Below, one piece after another: positions 39,909 through 51,505 of a stretch of 64,000 nt of DNA; the first letter of the stretch is position 1, and every line of letters begins with the position of its first letter. The DNA is taken from the IMG/VR virus record IMGVR_UViG_3300035703_002708, one strand, 5' to 3'. Made by a program: the position numbers and the translations under genes. This stretch comes from a virus. Taxonomy: Duplodnaviria; Caudoviricetes. A model generated the notes under the pieces. It was not told the origin of the DNA. It was given only the letters and a program-made list of their open reading frames with translations, and ran no database searches.

Positions 39909-41270
39909 ATGAATAGTTTTAGATTCATATTGTTTTTACTTTTTTTAGTTCCTTTTGAATTAATTGGTCAAGGTTCCAATACCTGTGCGGGTGCAGCGGC
40001 TAATCAAATTACATTACCTTTTTTTACAAACAACCAAACCACTTGTGGTGACTTGAACGATTATACGGGTCTAAATGCTTGTGCTGCTCCAAACACCGGA
40101 AATTATTATGGAGGCCAGGATTGGATTTATAGTTTTACTCCAACGCAAAATGGATATGTTACAATTACATTAAATGATATTATTGCAACAGGACAAGCAT
40201 ATCCCACCGTTTCATTACTAACCGCTTGCCCTGGAACCGCAGGTGCTTGTTTGGGGTTCGTTCAATGCAGCCCTTTTGCTGGTGGAGGAACATTAGTAAA
40301 TTATGTTGAGGTTGGGCAAACATATTATATATTGGTGGATGCGTATACTTGGTCAAATGTTTTTAATAATTGTTATCAATTTGATTTAAGGGTTAATTTC
40401 AATCCTGTATTGGTTCAACCATCTTGTAATAATATGAATTTCAATAATGGGAATTTTACAGGTTGGTATGGAACAACAGGACTTTCTTTAATAGGTCCGG
40501 CAAATGCTATAACACCAAACTACACCGCAACTTTTTACGGAATAACACCTGGTCGTCAAACAATTATGACTAACGGTAATGACCCATGTGGAGGTTTTCC
40601 CCGTGTTGACCCTTTGGGTGGTCCTTTCTCAGTTAGATTGGGGAATAATAACGTTGATTCCGAAGCCGAACAATTAATGCAAACCTTTGTTGTTTCTGCT
40701 TCAAATAGTAGTTTTACTTATCGTTATGCTGTTGTATTGGAAGACCCTGGACATAACTCAAACGAGCAACCTTTTTTCAGAGCATTACTTCGGGACCAAA
40801 ATGGAAATATCATTCCTTGTTCAGATTTTGTTGTTTCAGCCGGAAGTAATCTACCGGGTTTTTTCAATTCACCAAACTGTACAGGTGTTGTTTATAAACC
40901 TTGGAGTTCAGTAAATGTCGATTTGACTGACTATATCGGTCAGCAAGTAACGGTAGAATTTACAACAGGAGATTGTAGTCAGGGTGCTCATTACGGGTAT
41001 GCCTATATTGATGCGGGATGTGCTCCATCAGTATTGGAATTGATGCCTGATACGATTTGTGAAGGGGAGACAATAACACTCCAAGCCCCATCAGGATATC
41101 AATCTTATTTATGGACACCGGGAGGACAAACCACACCATCAATAACGGTGACACCAAATGATGATACGGTTTATCAATTAAACTTGGTCGCATTTAACGG
41201 ATGCGTAAATTCCGTTCAAGTACCAATCACTGTTATACCATATCCTGTCGTTAGTGTTTTCACAAATTAA
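39909..41270 (+). CDS. secreted Cys-rich protein resembling the N-terminal part of Bacteroidota T9SS type B cargoes; no sorting domain
   Basis: Signal peptide; DWIYSFTP/YYILVDAY domain; FNNGNFTGW..SVRLGN..YAVVLEDPGH domain; ICEGETITL..YLWTPGGQTT repeat at the end. Confidence 0.7.
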   Translation: MNSFRFILFLLFLVPFELIGQGSNTCAGAAANQITLPFFTNNQTTCGDLNDYTGLNACAAPNTGNYYGGQDWIYSFTPTQNGYVTITLNDIIATGQAYPTVSLLTACPGTAGACLGFVQCSPFAGGGTLVNYVEVGQTYYILVDAYTWSNVFNNCYQFDLRVNFNPVLVQPSCNNMNFNNGNFTGWYGTTGLSLIGPANAITPNYTATFYGITPGRQTIMTNGNDPCGGFPRVDPLGGPFSVRLGNNNVDSEAEQLMQTFVVSASNSSFTYRYAVVLEDPGHNSNEQPFFRALLRDQNGNIIPCSDFVVSAGSNLPGFFNSPNCTGVVYKPWSSVNVDLTDYIGQQVTVEFTTGDCSQGAHYGYAYIDAGCAPSVLELMPDTICEGETITLQAPSGYQSYLWTPGGQTTPSITVTPNDDTVYQLNLVAFNGCVNSVQVPITVIPYPVVSVFTN

Positions 41271-41312
41271 TTTTCAACTAATTGTCATATTTATATCATA
41301 AAGAAAGTTATT

Positions 41313-41996
41313 ATGAAAAAAGAAATTCTAAATGAAGAAGAGAAAAATCGTATTTTAGAAATGCACAAAACCGCAACAAAGAATTTATATTTGTTGAGGG
41401 AAACAGTAGAACAAGATTTATCTATTTCTTTAGATAGTTTATCAAAAACAAAAAAAGATTGGACCAATGATTTCTATTTATCATACGGAGGTGCTCCTAA
41501 TACAATTAGTTTAAATCCTAAGAAAAATGGTAAAGTCCAACTTGGTGCAAAATATCAAATTTCTTTACCTGGTTCTGCACAAATTGTGGGAATTACTCAA
41601 AATCAATTAACAGGAAATTGGCCTGCCCCACAAATAAATATTACTTTTGGTAATTTGGACAAATTGGTAAATTTCAATTTATTATTTGGATTCATAGAAT
41701 ACAAACCAGATGGTGTTATTATGCAATTTTATTCAAAAAATGCTAAAGGGTTTCTAACTCACGAACAATCTTATAAAGTTTGGGATGAGACAGATGGTAG
41801 GGATAATGTTGCAAAAAAATTGGGCTATAGTTCTATGAATGAGGTTCCAATAAGATTTACAGTCTCTATGAATGATTCTGCTGCTATTTTGGTTAAACTA
41901 AATAAATTAAAAAACACTGGTTGGAAATCTATGAAGGATGGTATTAACATACCAGGTATTTTAAATATCTCCGTGACGGCTACAAAAGTTGGTTAA
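41313..41996 (+). CDS. hypothetical protein with ILNEEEKNRILEMH leader
   Basis: TATTTAT 41288-41294. Confidence 0.7.
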   Translation: MKKEILNEEEKNRILEMHKTATKNLYLLRETVEQDLSISLDSLSKTKKDWTNDFYLSYGGAPNTISLNPKKNGKVQLGAKYQISLPGSAQIVGITQNQLTGNWPAPQINITFGNLDKLVNFNLLFGFIEYKPDGVIMQFYSKNAKGFLTHEQSYKVWDETDGRDNVAKKLGYSSMNEVPIRFTVSMNDSAAILVKLNKLKNTGWKSMKDGINIPGILNISVTATKVG

Positions 41997-42060
41997 TTTA
42001 TATTTTTTAATTTACTATATCATTTTATTTCGTTATTAATTTCACATAAAAAAATTAATT

Positions 42061-42588
42061 ATGAAAAAAATGACTATTGATTACACCCACTCTGAAATTG
42101 GGTTTAAAGTGAGACACCTTATGATTTCTACCGTTAGAGGAAACTTCGGAACATTCGGTGGAGAAATTAATGAAAATGGAGAATTAAGTTTCTCTTTGGA
42201 TGTTGACTCCATTAACACAAACAACTCTGACCGTGATAACCATTTGAAGGGGGCCGATTTCTTTGATGTGGAAAATTATCCTCGGGTAACTTTTGTTGCA
42301 AAAAATGTTGACATCAAATCAGGTTCAGTTACAGGTGAACTTACAATCAAAGGTATTACAAAAGAAGTTACAATGACTTCTGAATATAATGGTGTAAGTG
42401 TTGACCCTTGGGGAAATACTAAACACGGTTTGGAAGTTACAGGAAAAGTGAATCGTTCTGACTTTGGTCTTACTTGGAACGCACCTTTGGAAACGGGTGG
42501 AGTCCTTGTAAGTGACGAAGTTACATTTAACATTGACCTACAACTATTGGAATCAGTTGAAACTCCAGTTTCGGAAATGGCTCAATAA
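42061..42588 (+). CDS. yceI: YceI family (polyisoprenoid-binding) protein
   Basis: IDYTHSEIGFKVRHLMISTVRGNF, SINTNNSDRDNHLKGADFFDVENYP, GELTIKGITKEV, DPWGN, NRSDFGLTWN. Confidence 0.92.
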   Translation: MKKMTIDYTHSEIGFKVRHLMISTVRGNFGTFGGEINENGELSFSLDVDSINTNNSDRDNHLKGADFFDVENYPRVTFVAKNVDIKSGSVTGELTIKGITKEVTMTSEYNGVSVDPWGNTKHGLEVTGKVNRSDFGLTWNAPLETGGVLVSDEVTFNIDLQLLESVETPVSEMAQ

Positions 42589-42788
42589 CTTTATGAAAAA
42601 TTTTTTTAAAAAGTACAGAAAACAAACTATAATTATTTTGTCAGTTTTGAGTTTACAACTAATATTTGGTTTTGACCCAAAATTTACAATTATAAATTTA
42701 ATTTGGTTGTTAATTTAAAAAAATAAAACCCACCCCCTAAAGGTGGGTTTCTTCAATTTTAATCATATTTATATAGAAAATTTGTATT

Positions 42789-43836
42789 ATGAAAAAAATT
42801 GTAAGATTAACAGAAAATGATTTAATACGTATAGTTAAACGAGTTATAAACGAACAAACTAGCGTCACAAATAACAGTATTATGATAAGTTGTGCTGAAG
42901 ATTTGTATAAAATTAATCCACCTGAAGACGACCCACAATCTACAGGAATACCTCTAATAGATATGATTGGGGAGGCCACTTTTTATTTTGATTCTAATGA
43001 TTGGGATGAAGAGGGTATAGTTAGAGCTTTAGAGGTTGGCAACCCTAATGAGTTAGAAAAATATCAAAACATATTAAGATGTAGTTTTAAAAAAATCGGT
43101 GGGCTCCCTTTACAAGAAAATAATCCATTGTTAACAATAGCAAGAAAAACATTCACAACGATGGGAATGACTGATTTCGGTGACAAAGAACTGAAGATGA
43201 GAGCTCAAAAAGCGTTATTTAGACTTGGAATCAAAATCAAAATATAATTTTGTAAAAGTTATAATACTTCATAATAAAAATCCAAACCACTAAAGGTGGG
43301 TTTTTTATTTTCGTAAATATTTATATGATATGAATATTATAATATCAGAATCTCAATTCAAAATGTTATGTGAACAACATGCGTTTGCAGCACAAGGAGT
43401 CCCTGATTGGTATAGAAAAAGTGTCGATGATTTTACGAAAACATATCCTAATCTTTCTAACTTAATTGGTGATTTAGCTTTGTGGATGGTACCTTATATA
43501 GGACCGTATTTGGTGTCCGCAAAAAATACAACAGAAGGAATACTTTTATACAAAAAAGGGAAAAAGGTCGAGGGAGTGATTTCCATATTGACCAGTCCTT
43601 TAGCCTTGATGAAAGTTGTAAAAATTTTGAAATATTTGGGCACGACAGGTAATGTAGTGGATATGTTAAATTTAATAAATAAATCGGGAATACCTATATT
43701 AGTTAATAAAGGACAAGAAGCTTTTCTGAATTGGGGTTGGAAACAATTTGGAAAAGATTTCAAGATATTTGTAGAATTTTTGAAAAACCAAAAACATATG
43801 AAACCTATTTTGGATGATATAGTTAAAAGTTTATAA
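42789..43836 (+). CDS. two leader-bearing hypothetical proteins (42789-43247, 43330-43836)
   Basis: MKKIVRLTENDL and MNIIISESQ starts, each after TATTTAT. Confidence 0.7.
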
Positions 43837-43838
43837 TT

Positions 43839-44732
43839 ATGAAAAAGAAAATAGAAATCTCAGAAACAGAATTAAACAGATTTTATCAATTGTTGGAAAG
43901 TGAAATTGGTGATGTTAAGCCATTGATAACTGAGCAGAGTCTCTCCTCATCCGTGTATAACTTAAAAACAAATCCACCTAGTTATTCACAATCCAAATTG
44001 AGCAATTATAAGACAAATGATAAATCATCATTGGGTGTAAAAACAGGGGATAACATAATCAAGGGAGGTAAAACACCCACAATCACAAGAAAGAAATTTG
44101 ATGTCGGAAAATGTGTTGACGAAGCCTTTATTTTACCTGTAGAGGATTTATTAAATAAAGGATATATTCCTAAGATTTTGAAAGCGGCTTTGGGAATTAT
44201 AGGAAGAGAAACTTCATTCGGAAAAGGATTGAGGTATCAAACATATGGGTCGGCAAAAAATCTATATAACAAATTAGGTGGAGACACTTCAGGTGGTTTA
44301 TCTCAGATGAAACCATCTACCGCACAAAGTGTTGGTGTTACAGACGATATTACCGAACCATACGGTGCTTTGAAAGCCTCTTACATGAACTTGAAAAAAC
44401 TATATGATGAGGCCATCAAAAACGGATATTCAACAAATCAACCTAGTTCTAACCTGACAACAGGAAGCGGAGATGCCGCTTTGGACCTCGCCATGGTTGG
44501 ATACAATCAAGGTATTTCTTTTGTTACCAAATATTGTGAGACAACTGACCCGAAGGTTAAAGGGCATTGTAAAAAAGCGAAAACAGATTCGGGTCTACAA
44601 ATCAATAAAAATAAAGTGGCACAAAATTATTTGCCTAATTATAAAACAAATAGCATTCATACTGGTGACTTATCTAGTCACGGATATGTCACTGAAGTGA
44701 GTGGGTACATGAAAAAATTTAATTGTTTCTGA
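43839..44732 (+). CDS. lytic transglycosylase (SLT/lysozyme-like) with leader
   Basis: GIIGRETSFG (catalytic Glu), GGLSQMKPSTA (GLMQ-like), AMVGYNQG (AYNxG-like). Confidence 0.7.
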   Translation: MKKKIEISETELNRFYQLLESEIGDVKPLITEQSLSSSVYNLKTNPPSYSQSKLSNYKTNDKSSLGVKTGDNIIKGGKTPTITRKKFDVGKCVDEAFILPVEDLLNKGYIPKILKAALGIIGRETSFGKGLRYQTYGSAKNLYNKLGGDTSGGLSQMKPSTAQSVGVTDDITEPYGALKASYMNLKKLYDEAIKNGYSTNQPSSNLTTGSGDAALDLAMVGYNQGISFVTKYCETTDPKVKGHCKKAKTDSGLQINKNKVAQNYLPNYKTNSIHTGDLSSHGYVTEVSGYMKKFNCF

Positions 44733-45047
44733 TTAGTAAATTTCTTTCCAAAAAATATTTTTCTGTAATGTATCAACATGGTCAATTTTCTTTAAATCAA
44801 CTACGTTAAATAGATTATAACTACGTTCGTATGATAGTTTCTGAGTTTGTCCATTCTTGAAGATAACTAAGTAAGTATTATATAAATTTGTGTCGCTAAC
44901 ATTTATAACTGTTTTTTCTACTTGATTAGGTAAAATAGTTATTACATTTATATTTTGTGTTTCGGTATTTATATTTTTTCTCGAAATACAAGAAGATAAT
45001 AAAATGGAAACGGAAAATAATGTGATGATTGAATTTTTCATTTTCAT
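44733..45047 (-). CDS. putative lipoprotein
   Basis: ILLSS-C lipobox; TTTG-N19-TACATTTG at 45061-45091. Confidence 0.7.
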   Translation of the reverse strand: MKMKNSIITLFSVSILLSSCISRKNINTETQNINVITILPNQVEKTVINVSDTNLYNTYLVIFKNGQTQKLSYERSYNLFNVVDLKKIDHVDTLQKNIFWKEIY

Positions 45048-45112
45048 CTGTTTTATATGACAAATGTAAAACAATTTTTCATTACCACAAACTATTTATT
45101 TAATAAAATTAC

Positions 45113-46749
45113 ATGGATATTAAGAAATTTTTGGTTACAGAATCCGAAAGAAAGGATATACTACTTCAGTACGGATTAATTAAAGAACAGGATGTGGTTA
45201 AGAAGTCTTTGGAATTAGATAAAAAGGTTGATTTTCCTGGCGGTTACTATAATCAAAAATACTTGGAGCCTATATTACAACCTGAAATAGAAAAAATAAA
45301 AACTTATCTATCGAATGGTGCTGGTAAAAGATTTTTGGTTACGGTTGAGATAACATCATCAGAATCACGTATACCAAATACAGATAACGAGGCCGGAGGT
45401 AAGAGAGTTGAGTCAGGTTATTTATCTCAAAAAAGAAATGAAACCATACAAAAATATATAACAGAACAATTACAAAGTTTTGTCGACGATAAACTTTTAG
45501 CAAGTTTACCATCATTTAAAGTTGCCAAACCTGAAATAAAGGGTCCTGAATGGAGAGGTCAACCCTTTTGTCCAGTAAATATGATTCCAAAAAACGACAA
45601 TCAGGGATATGAGTGTTTATCACCAAAATTCAATGCGGGACGCAATACCAATGGAAAACCTATCACAAATTGGGTCAATGGTAGAGGAAAAAGGGCAACC
45701 GATGGTACCTACGCCGGAGGATTATACTCTGATATTGCAAATGAATTCGTGGCCGCTCAAAGTATCACAGTAAAAATGATTTTGAAAGAATTACCTGACA
45801 TTAGTAAATGTTTAAACAACATGGTCATAGAGGTAAATTATACAAATTTGACAGAAAAACATAAATGTAATAATGCAACATATAATATATACATGACGGC
45901 AGGTAGTGCTACGGCACCCACAAATAGTGATTTATTATTCAGGACTGATGGAAAAAATTATGCTAGTTTAGATAATAATAATAGTAGTTATGATAATAAT
46001 CCTAATACTTGCGTTAACGCTAATAGTGAAAAATGTAAAAGGTATAATAAATTCATAATCTCACCTGAGATTGCAGAACGTATTTTGAAACAAGAAATAG
46101 ATAGTGGTAAAGAAACCGAAAAACCGACTTTCAAAATATGGGCCAGATGTATCGGTACCACCACACCACATCCTGAGTGGGGTACTGGTTGTCACAAATC
46201 AAAAAAAGACCCGAACTTCGGTGTAGGAGATGTAAAAATAACAAGCGGAACAAAAAATGTGAGTACTTTCGAAGTTAAAACACCATCCAAAAAAGACGAA
46301 ATTAAATTATTACAGACAATTTCTGCCTGTGGTACGGCACAATAAAAAATAAAAAAATTTAATAAATGAAAAAAATAGATTTAATTATTCAGAAAGTTTT
46401 GAGAGAAACAACTGAAGAAATGGAAGAGGGAATTTTCGACGACTTGAAAGATAAGTATAGAGGTCTAAAAGGTGTTAAGAGAGGGTATGGAATGGATTAC
46501 TTTGAGAACATGAGTAAACTACAAAGACTTGTTACCAAATTACAAAAGTTAGATGAACCAAATAGAGAAGTTATCAAAGAATTATCTATGTTGCAATCCA
46601 AAGTCCAAAGCCTAAACATGCCTCAACAAAGGAAAGATGCTCTTTTAACCCTTATTGATAGGTCAATTAAGTATTTCAATTATTATGACAGTGTCAATAC
46701 TCAGATTATAAAAAATATAGGTAATTTAAAGATTGATGATTGGTCTTAG
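45113..46749 (+). CDS. two hypothetical proteins (45113-46345, 410 aa, LVTESE..LIKEQ leader; 46366-46749, VLRE leader)
   Basis: TATTTAT 45093-45099; long intact ORFs. Confidence 0.7.
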
Positions 46750-46826
46750 GGATGATGAATCTTACAAAGTATTTATTGTTAGGATATTCAATATTTGATT
46801 TTACTTTTTTAAAAAATTTATAAAAA

Positions 46827-47759
46827 ATGATGCAGAAAAAAAGATTTTTGATTTTGTCAGAGTATAGGTTAGGTAATGTCAAACCTTTAATATGTGAGGA
46901 TGAGTCTCCATATAAAAAATTAAAGAATAATCCTAGTGCTAACGACATTGCTCAAGTAATTAAAGATTCGGATAAAAGTTTTTTTGGAAACGATACTGAG
47001 GCCTATGCGGAAGCCGCATTTTTTGCAATTAAGAATACGAGTTTGTATAATAAGGTAAAATTAATACTTGGTGCGGACCCATTTGAGTTTTTGAAAAGTT
47101 TTATGGATGTTAGTAAACCTTATCAAAACGAGGATAGTTATTCTACTATAGAAAATCATTATTACAAATTGTTTCCAAATTTACGTTCTAGTATGTGTTC
47201 ACCCGACGATATAAAGGTATCAACTTGGAAATCTTTATATTCTACTTTAGTGGAAAGAAATATGATTCAAAAAAATGAATCATTACTGATTGTTTGGGGT
47301 CCGACGCAAACTATGTACTATACAAAAGATGGTAAAAATTTGATTGGAAAATATAGTGTCTCCACGGCAAAAAAAGGATTTGGTAACTCTGTAGATAGTG
47401 ACAAAACATCTACAGGTTTACTAGAAGTTACAAATAAAATTAAAGGGAAAAATAATGAGGTTCTAATAGGAAAAAAACCTACTGGTAAATTATTAGGTCC
47501 TAATGTAGATTCAAACAGAATTGATAGTAAAGGAAGAACTCATGTTGCGGAAGTCCTTACTGGTATACTCGAATTAGATGGACTTGAGAAATGTAATGAA
47601 AATGCATTTTCAAGGAACATTTATATACATGGGACAAATAGAGAACAATTTTTAGGTTCAAAAAATTCTGGTGGTTGTATAAGAGTATCGAATGCGGTTA
47701 TAAATGAATTAATTAATTCTTTACAAATAGGAACAAAGGTATACGTGTACCCAACATAA
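46827..47759 (+). CDS. L,D-transpeptidase (YkuD) domain protein
   Basis: IYIHGT.......SGGCIRVSN catalytic His/Cys motif; YSVSTAKKGFG. Confidence 0.85.
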   Translation: MMQKKRFLILSEYRLGNVKPLICEDESPYKKLKNNPSANDIAQVIKDSDKSFFGNDTEAYAEAAFFAIKNTSLYNKVKLILGADPFEFLKSFMDVSKPYQNEDSYSTIENHYYKLFPNLRSSMCSPDDIKVSTWKSLYSTLVERNMIQKNESLLIVWGPTQTMYYTKDGKNLIGKYSVSTAKKGFGNSVDSDKTSTGLLEVTNKIKGKNNEVLIGKKPTGKLLGPNVDSNRIDSKGRTHVAEVLTGILELDGLEKCNENAFSRNIYIHGTNREQFLGSKNSGGCIRVSNAVINELINSLQIGTKVYVYPT

Positions 47760-47849
47760 TCAAGTTTTTGATAGGATGTTACGATTTTTTTATATTTTTT
47801 TGTGAGTTTTAAAAAATGTTTTATCTTTGTATGACCAAAAGAAAAAAAT

Positions 47850-48455
47850 ATGAACTCAAATCTTAAAAAAATAATTATTGGTGGGCTCGCGATGACCTCC
47901 GCAACTATACTTTCATCACAAAACATCCCAGTAACTAAGGTTTCTAATGGGATTAAAGTTCCTTGTGTAGTTGTAGATGGAGATACATTACCATCAATTA
48001 CATTATCTTATTTCGTGGTTTCTTCAGAAATGATATTCCCAAACAAAAGAAAAAAAGAGCAATGGGACAGATTGAAATATAACGTCAGGGTAGTTTTACC
48101 ATTAGCAAGGACCGCATCGTCAAAACTAAATGAGTATGAAATGACTCTCAGAAATTTACCTGATGAAAGGTCGAGAAAGAAATACTTGGAAAAAGCTGAG
48201 GAAGAACTCAAAAGAGATTTCGAGAAAAAAATCCGAGGTCTCAGCTTCAATCAAGGTATGATTCTTATCAAACTCATAGACAGAGAAACAGGTAACACTT
48301 CTTATAATTTGGTTAAACAACTTCGTGGTAACTTCAGTGCATTTATGTGGCAAGGTGTTGCGAGATTATTCGGTTCCAATCTCAAATCCGAATACGACTC
48401 GCAAGGTGAAGACAAGTTAATAGAATTAGCGGTCAATCAAATAGAAAATGAATAA
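47850..48455 (+). CDS. DUF4294 family protein (Bacteroidota)
   Basis: GDTLP, QGMILIKLIDRETG.TSY.LVK.LRG.FSAF.WQ..ARLFG.NLK..YD; promoter TTTG-N19-TATCTTTG 47799-47829. Confidence 0.8.
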   Translation: MNSNLKKIIIGGLAMTSATILSSQNIPVTKVSNGIKVPCVVVDGDTLPSITLSYFVVSSEMIFPNKRKKEQWDRLKYNVRVVLPLARTASSKLNEYEMTLRNLPDERSRKKYLEKAEEELKRDFEKKIRGLSFNQGMILIKLIDRETGNTSYNLVKQLRGNFSAFMWQGVARLFGSNLKSEYDSQGEDKLIELAVNQIENE

Positions 48456-48542
48456 AATTTAAACCCCATTCTACAAAGGTGGGGTTTTTTACTTCAATAA
48501 TTTACTTTGGATTCAAATGTGTGACATTTATTTAAAAAAATT

Positions 48543-49310
48543 ATGAATTTATTAGAGGGAATGAGGTCCGACTGTGGAGAAGGTAATATCAGTTGGTTCG
48601 AAAATAGACAACAAAAATTAATTGAATTAATTTCTGAAATCAAACCAGAAAAAATAATGGAAATAGGTTTCAATATGGGACACTCGGCTTTGTTGATTTG
48701 CCAAACAATTATAAATTTGAAATCTATTGACCCATCTTATAAAACCAAAAAAATTGAATTTTACATATTCGATATTTGTCAACATGAATGTGTAAAGTCG
48801 AATCTAAGTATTTTGGAAAAAGAGTTCGGAAATGAAATTGTTTTTAAGCTTTTCGAAGGGGATAGTCTGATTACATTGAATTCTTTCTTCGATAGGAATA
48901 AAGTAAATTTCGATTTCATAGAGATAGATGGATGTCATACATATGAATGTGTTCGTTCAGATACATTTAATACTATTAAAAATCTATCAGGAGAAGGTGT
49001 AATATATATTGATGATTATAAATCAGAAGTGTTCCCAATAATTGAAGTTGATAGAGGAGTAGATAGTATGGATTGGTCTGATTTTGATACAAACTATATT
49101 GATGGTGTTTTCTGGGGTAAGAAAAAATACAAAACCGAAAAATATGAACCTATCTTGGAAGATAACAACGAAATTTTCAATAATAGTAAATTTTTAAATT
49201 TTTTGGAATTAACTAATAACTTACTTAGAGAGGATGATTTGGATATATTATATATCAATATAGACCACCTTAAAAGAGTAACTAACCTGATGATAGAAAA
49301 AATAAAATAG
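48543..49310 (+). CDS. class I SAM-dependent methyltransferase (Methyltransf_24-like)
   Basis: IMEIGFNMGHSA, EGDS, FDFIEIDGCHTYE, IYIDDY. Confidence 0.85.
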   Translation: MNLLEGMRSDCGEGNISWFENRQQKLIELISEIKPEKIMEIGFNMGHSALLICQTIINLKSIDPSYKTKKIEFYIFDICQHECVKSNLSILEKEFGNEIVFKLFEGDSLITLNSFFDRNKVNFDFIEIDGCHTYECVRSDTFNTIKNLSGEGVIYIDDYKSEVFPIIEVDRGVDSMDWSDFDTNYIDGVFWGKKKYKTEKYEPILEDNNEIFNNSKFLNFLELTNNLLREDDLDILYINIDHLKRVTNLMIEKIK

Positions 49311-49372
49311 TTTTTGAATCTAAGCCCAATCCAATACTGTGGGGTTTTTTGTTTTTAACTATATTTATAGAA

Positions 49373-51475
49373 ATGAAAACAAAATACTTTTTTGGATGGG
49401 ACAATATCAAGTGGGGTATCAAAGAACTCATCAACATTTACTCAAGTAAAACTTCTTACTTTTCTAAAAAACGAATCGAGTCAGGAATTGCATTTTTGAT
49501 TGCACAGTGGGGTATGGTTTATTTCTTACATCAACACCACGATAAATTAACTATGGGTGAATTTTTGTTGTGGGCGGCAGCCGAATTTGCAGTTTCAGGA
49601 TATATGATTAATCAAATCCAAAAAGAGAAAAAAGAAAAATTGGAGTCATCGTCTAACGAAAACAATTCTGATGTAATTTTATGAAAGTTTTAATTTCCGA
49701 ATCACAAGTAGAAAGACTCAAAAGTATTTACTCATCTTTGTATAATGTAAATGATTATGAAGGTGTTTGTCGTATAATGGTCGATTACGATGAGGAATTT
49801 AACAAAATTGTTTTAAATGTATTTTTTGATAGAAAGTTTGCAATAAAAAATGGTAGGTCCTTCAATAAAATAAAAAATTCTGTTATAGATAATATGGGGA
49901 CAAAAGCAAGAAATTGGATGAAAACAACTCCTTGGATATATTTACACTTTGAAAATTGTGATGAAACTAATAATTAACGAAAACCAAAAAGAAAAAGTCA
50001 ATAATTTGATTTATCAAACAATCGATGGTATGTTTGATATTGATGAAATGATACCTGTGGATAGAGAGGATTATGAACACGAACCAATCGAAGTCATTTC
50101 ACCTGATTATGACAAATTTTTTGTGGTTTATCTTCCTCAATATTGGTCGGACGAAACTAACGAAGGAATATATCAAAAAAAACGTTCTCCGATTTTACAA
50201 CTTGAAAGAGAGTATGAAGACAACCTGAATTCTAAATTTGGTTCATTATGGCACGACCAAATGATAAAGTGGGTAGAAGATAATTTTCCATTTTTACCAA
50301 AAATCAAATCAGTGGGATTTTAACTATGAGAAAAGAAGCGGCATCAAAATTAGAAAAGATACTTGAAAAACTTTTGACAAGTAAATTGAAAGAACTAAAT
50401 ACGCCTGAAAACTTTGATAGTGTTAAAATAGATATTTACCCATCTGAATATGGAATCAATTGTCATATTTCATATCTTATGAAAAAACCATTTTCAAGGG
50501 AAGACTCGGATTTTTTTAATTACCTTGGATTTCCTATATCTTTCATAAAAAGTGTTGCTGGAGATATCTTCAATGGAGGTATCCAATCAGGACAATCTAC
50601 TGTTGCACATTATAATGACAGAACAGGTGACTGGTATGAAATGCAAAAAGAACGTTTTGAATAGGATATTCTTTTAAATATTTTTTATTATATTTTCATC
50701 AAAACATATTATGACATATCAAGAAAAAGCGGTAAAATACGGTGAGTTGTTAAATTTACACACACGAATTCAAAATAAGATAGCCGAAATCAGAGGACAG
50801 GACATTGACCTCAACCAACAACAACTTTCTGAAATCAGAAAATACGAAAACCAACTTATCCAAATTACAAACGAGATTCAAAAGATTATGATATGAGTGA
50901 TTATAACTATAGAGTTATTGTTGATGTAGAATCATCCGAAGGTCGTTCCAACATTTCTATCGGTTATCCCAAAAACCAACCTCTGTTATCGGTAAAGGAC
51001 ACCTCACATATTTTGGCAGGGGCAATTTCTTTACTTATCAAAACCGCATCGAAAGGAGATAAGTATAAAGATTATGAACTAATACAAGAAGTTATTAATC
51101 ATCTCAACAGTGAGTTTATAGATACAGATTCATTTTCTGACGCTTATGTCAATCCTAAAATAGTTTAATTTATATTTATAACATATGAAAATTGTTATAA
51201 GTGAAAGTCAATCAGACAGAATGGTTGATATTATAAAGATGGTTGTGTCCACAATAGATTTCGAGGGTGGAGTCAAAGATTTTGAGGTATATCCCCCCGA
51301 TTATGAAGATGAGTTTCCAACTTATGATATTATGTTAAATCTAAATTACGATTGGATTCAAGAGAATGAATTTCATGCTCAACAATATCTGAGAAACGTA
51401 AGGGCTGGCGTTAAAGACAAAGTCAAAGAACTAACAGGATTGAAAAATATTTACGTAGGAACTACGATGAAATAA
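49373..51475 (+). CDS. run of small hypothetical proteins (49373-49684 2-TM; 49681, 49961, 50326, 50711, 50893, 51185)
   Basis: Coupled ORFs; three carry ISESQ/INENQ leaders. Confidence 0.7.
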
Positions 51476-51499
51476 AAAAGGGACCGAAGTCCCTTTTTT
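51475..51499. terminator. bidirectional terminator
   Basis: AAAAAAGGGAC-CGAA-GTCCCTTTTTT. Confidence 0.8.
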
Positions 51500-51505
51500 C
51501 ATTTA

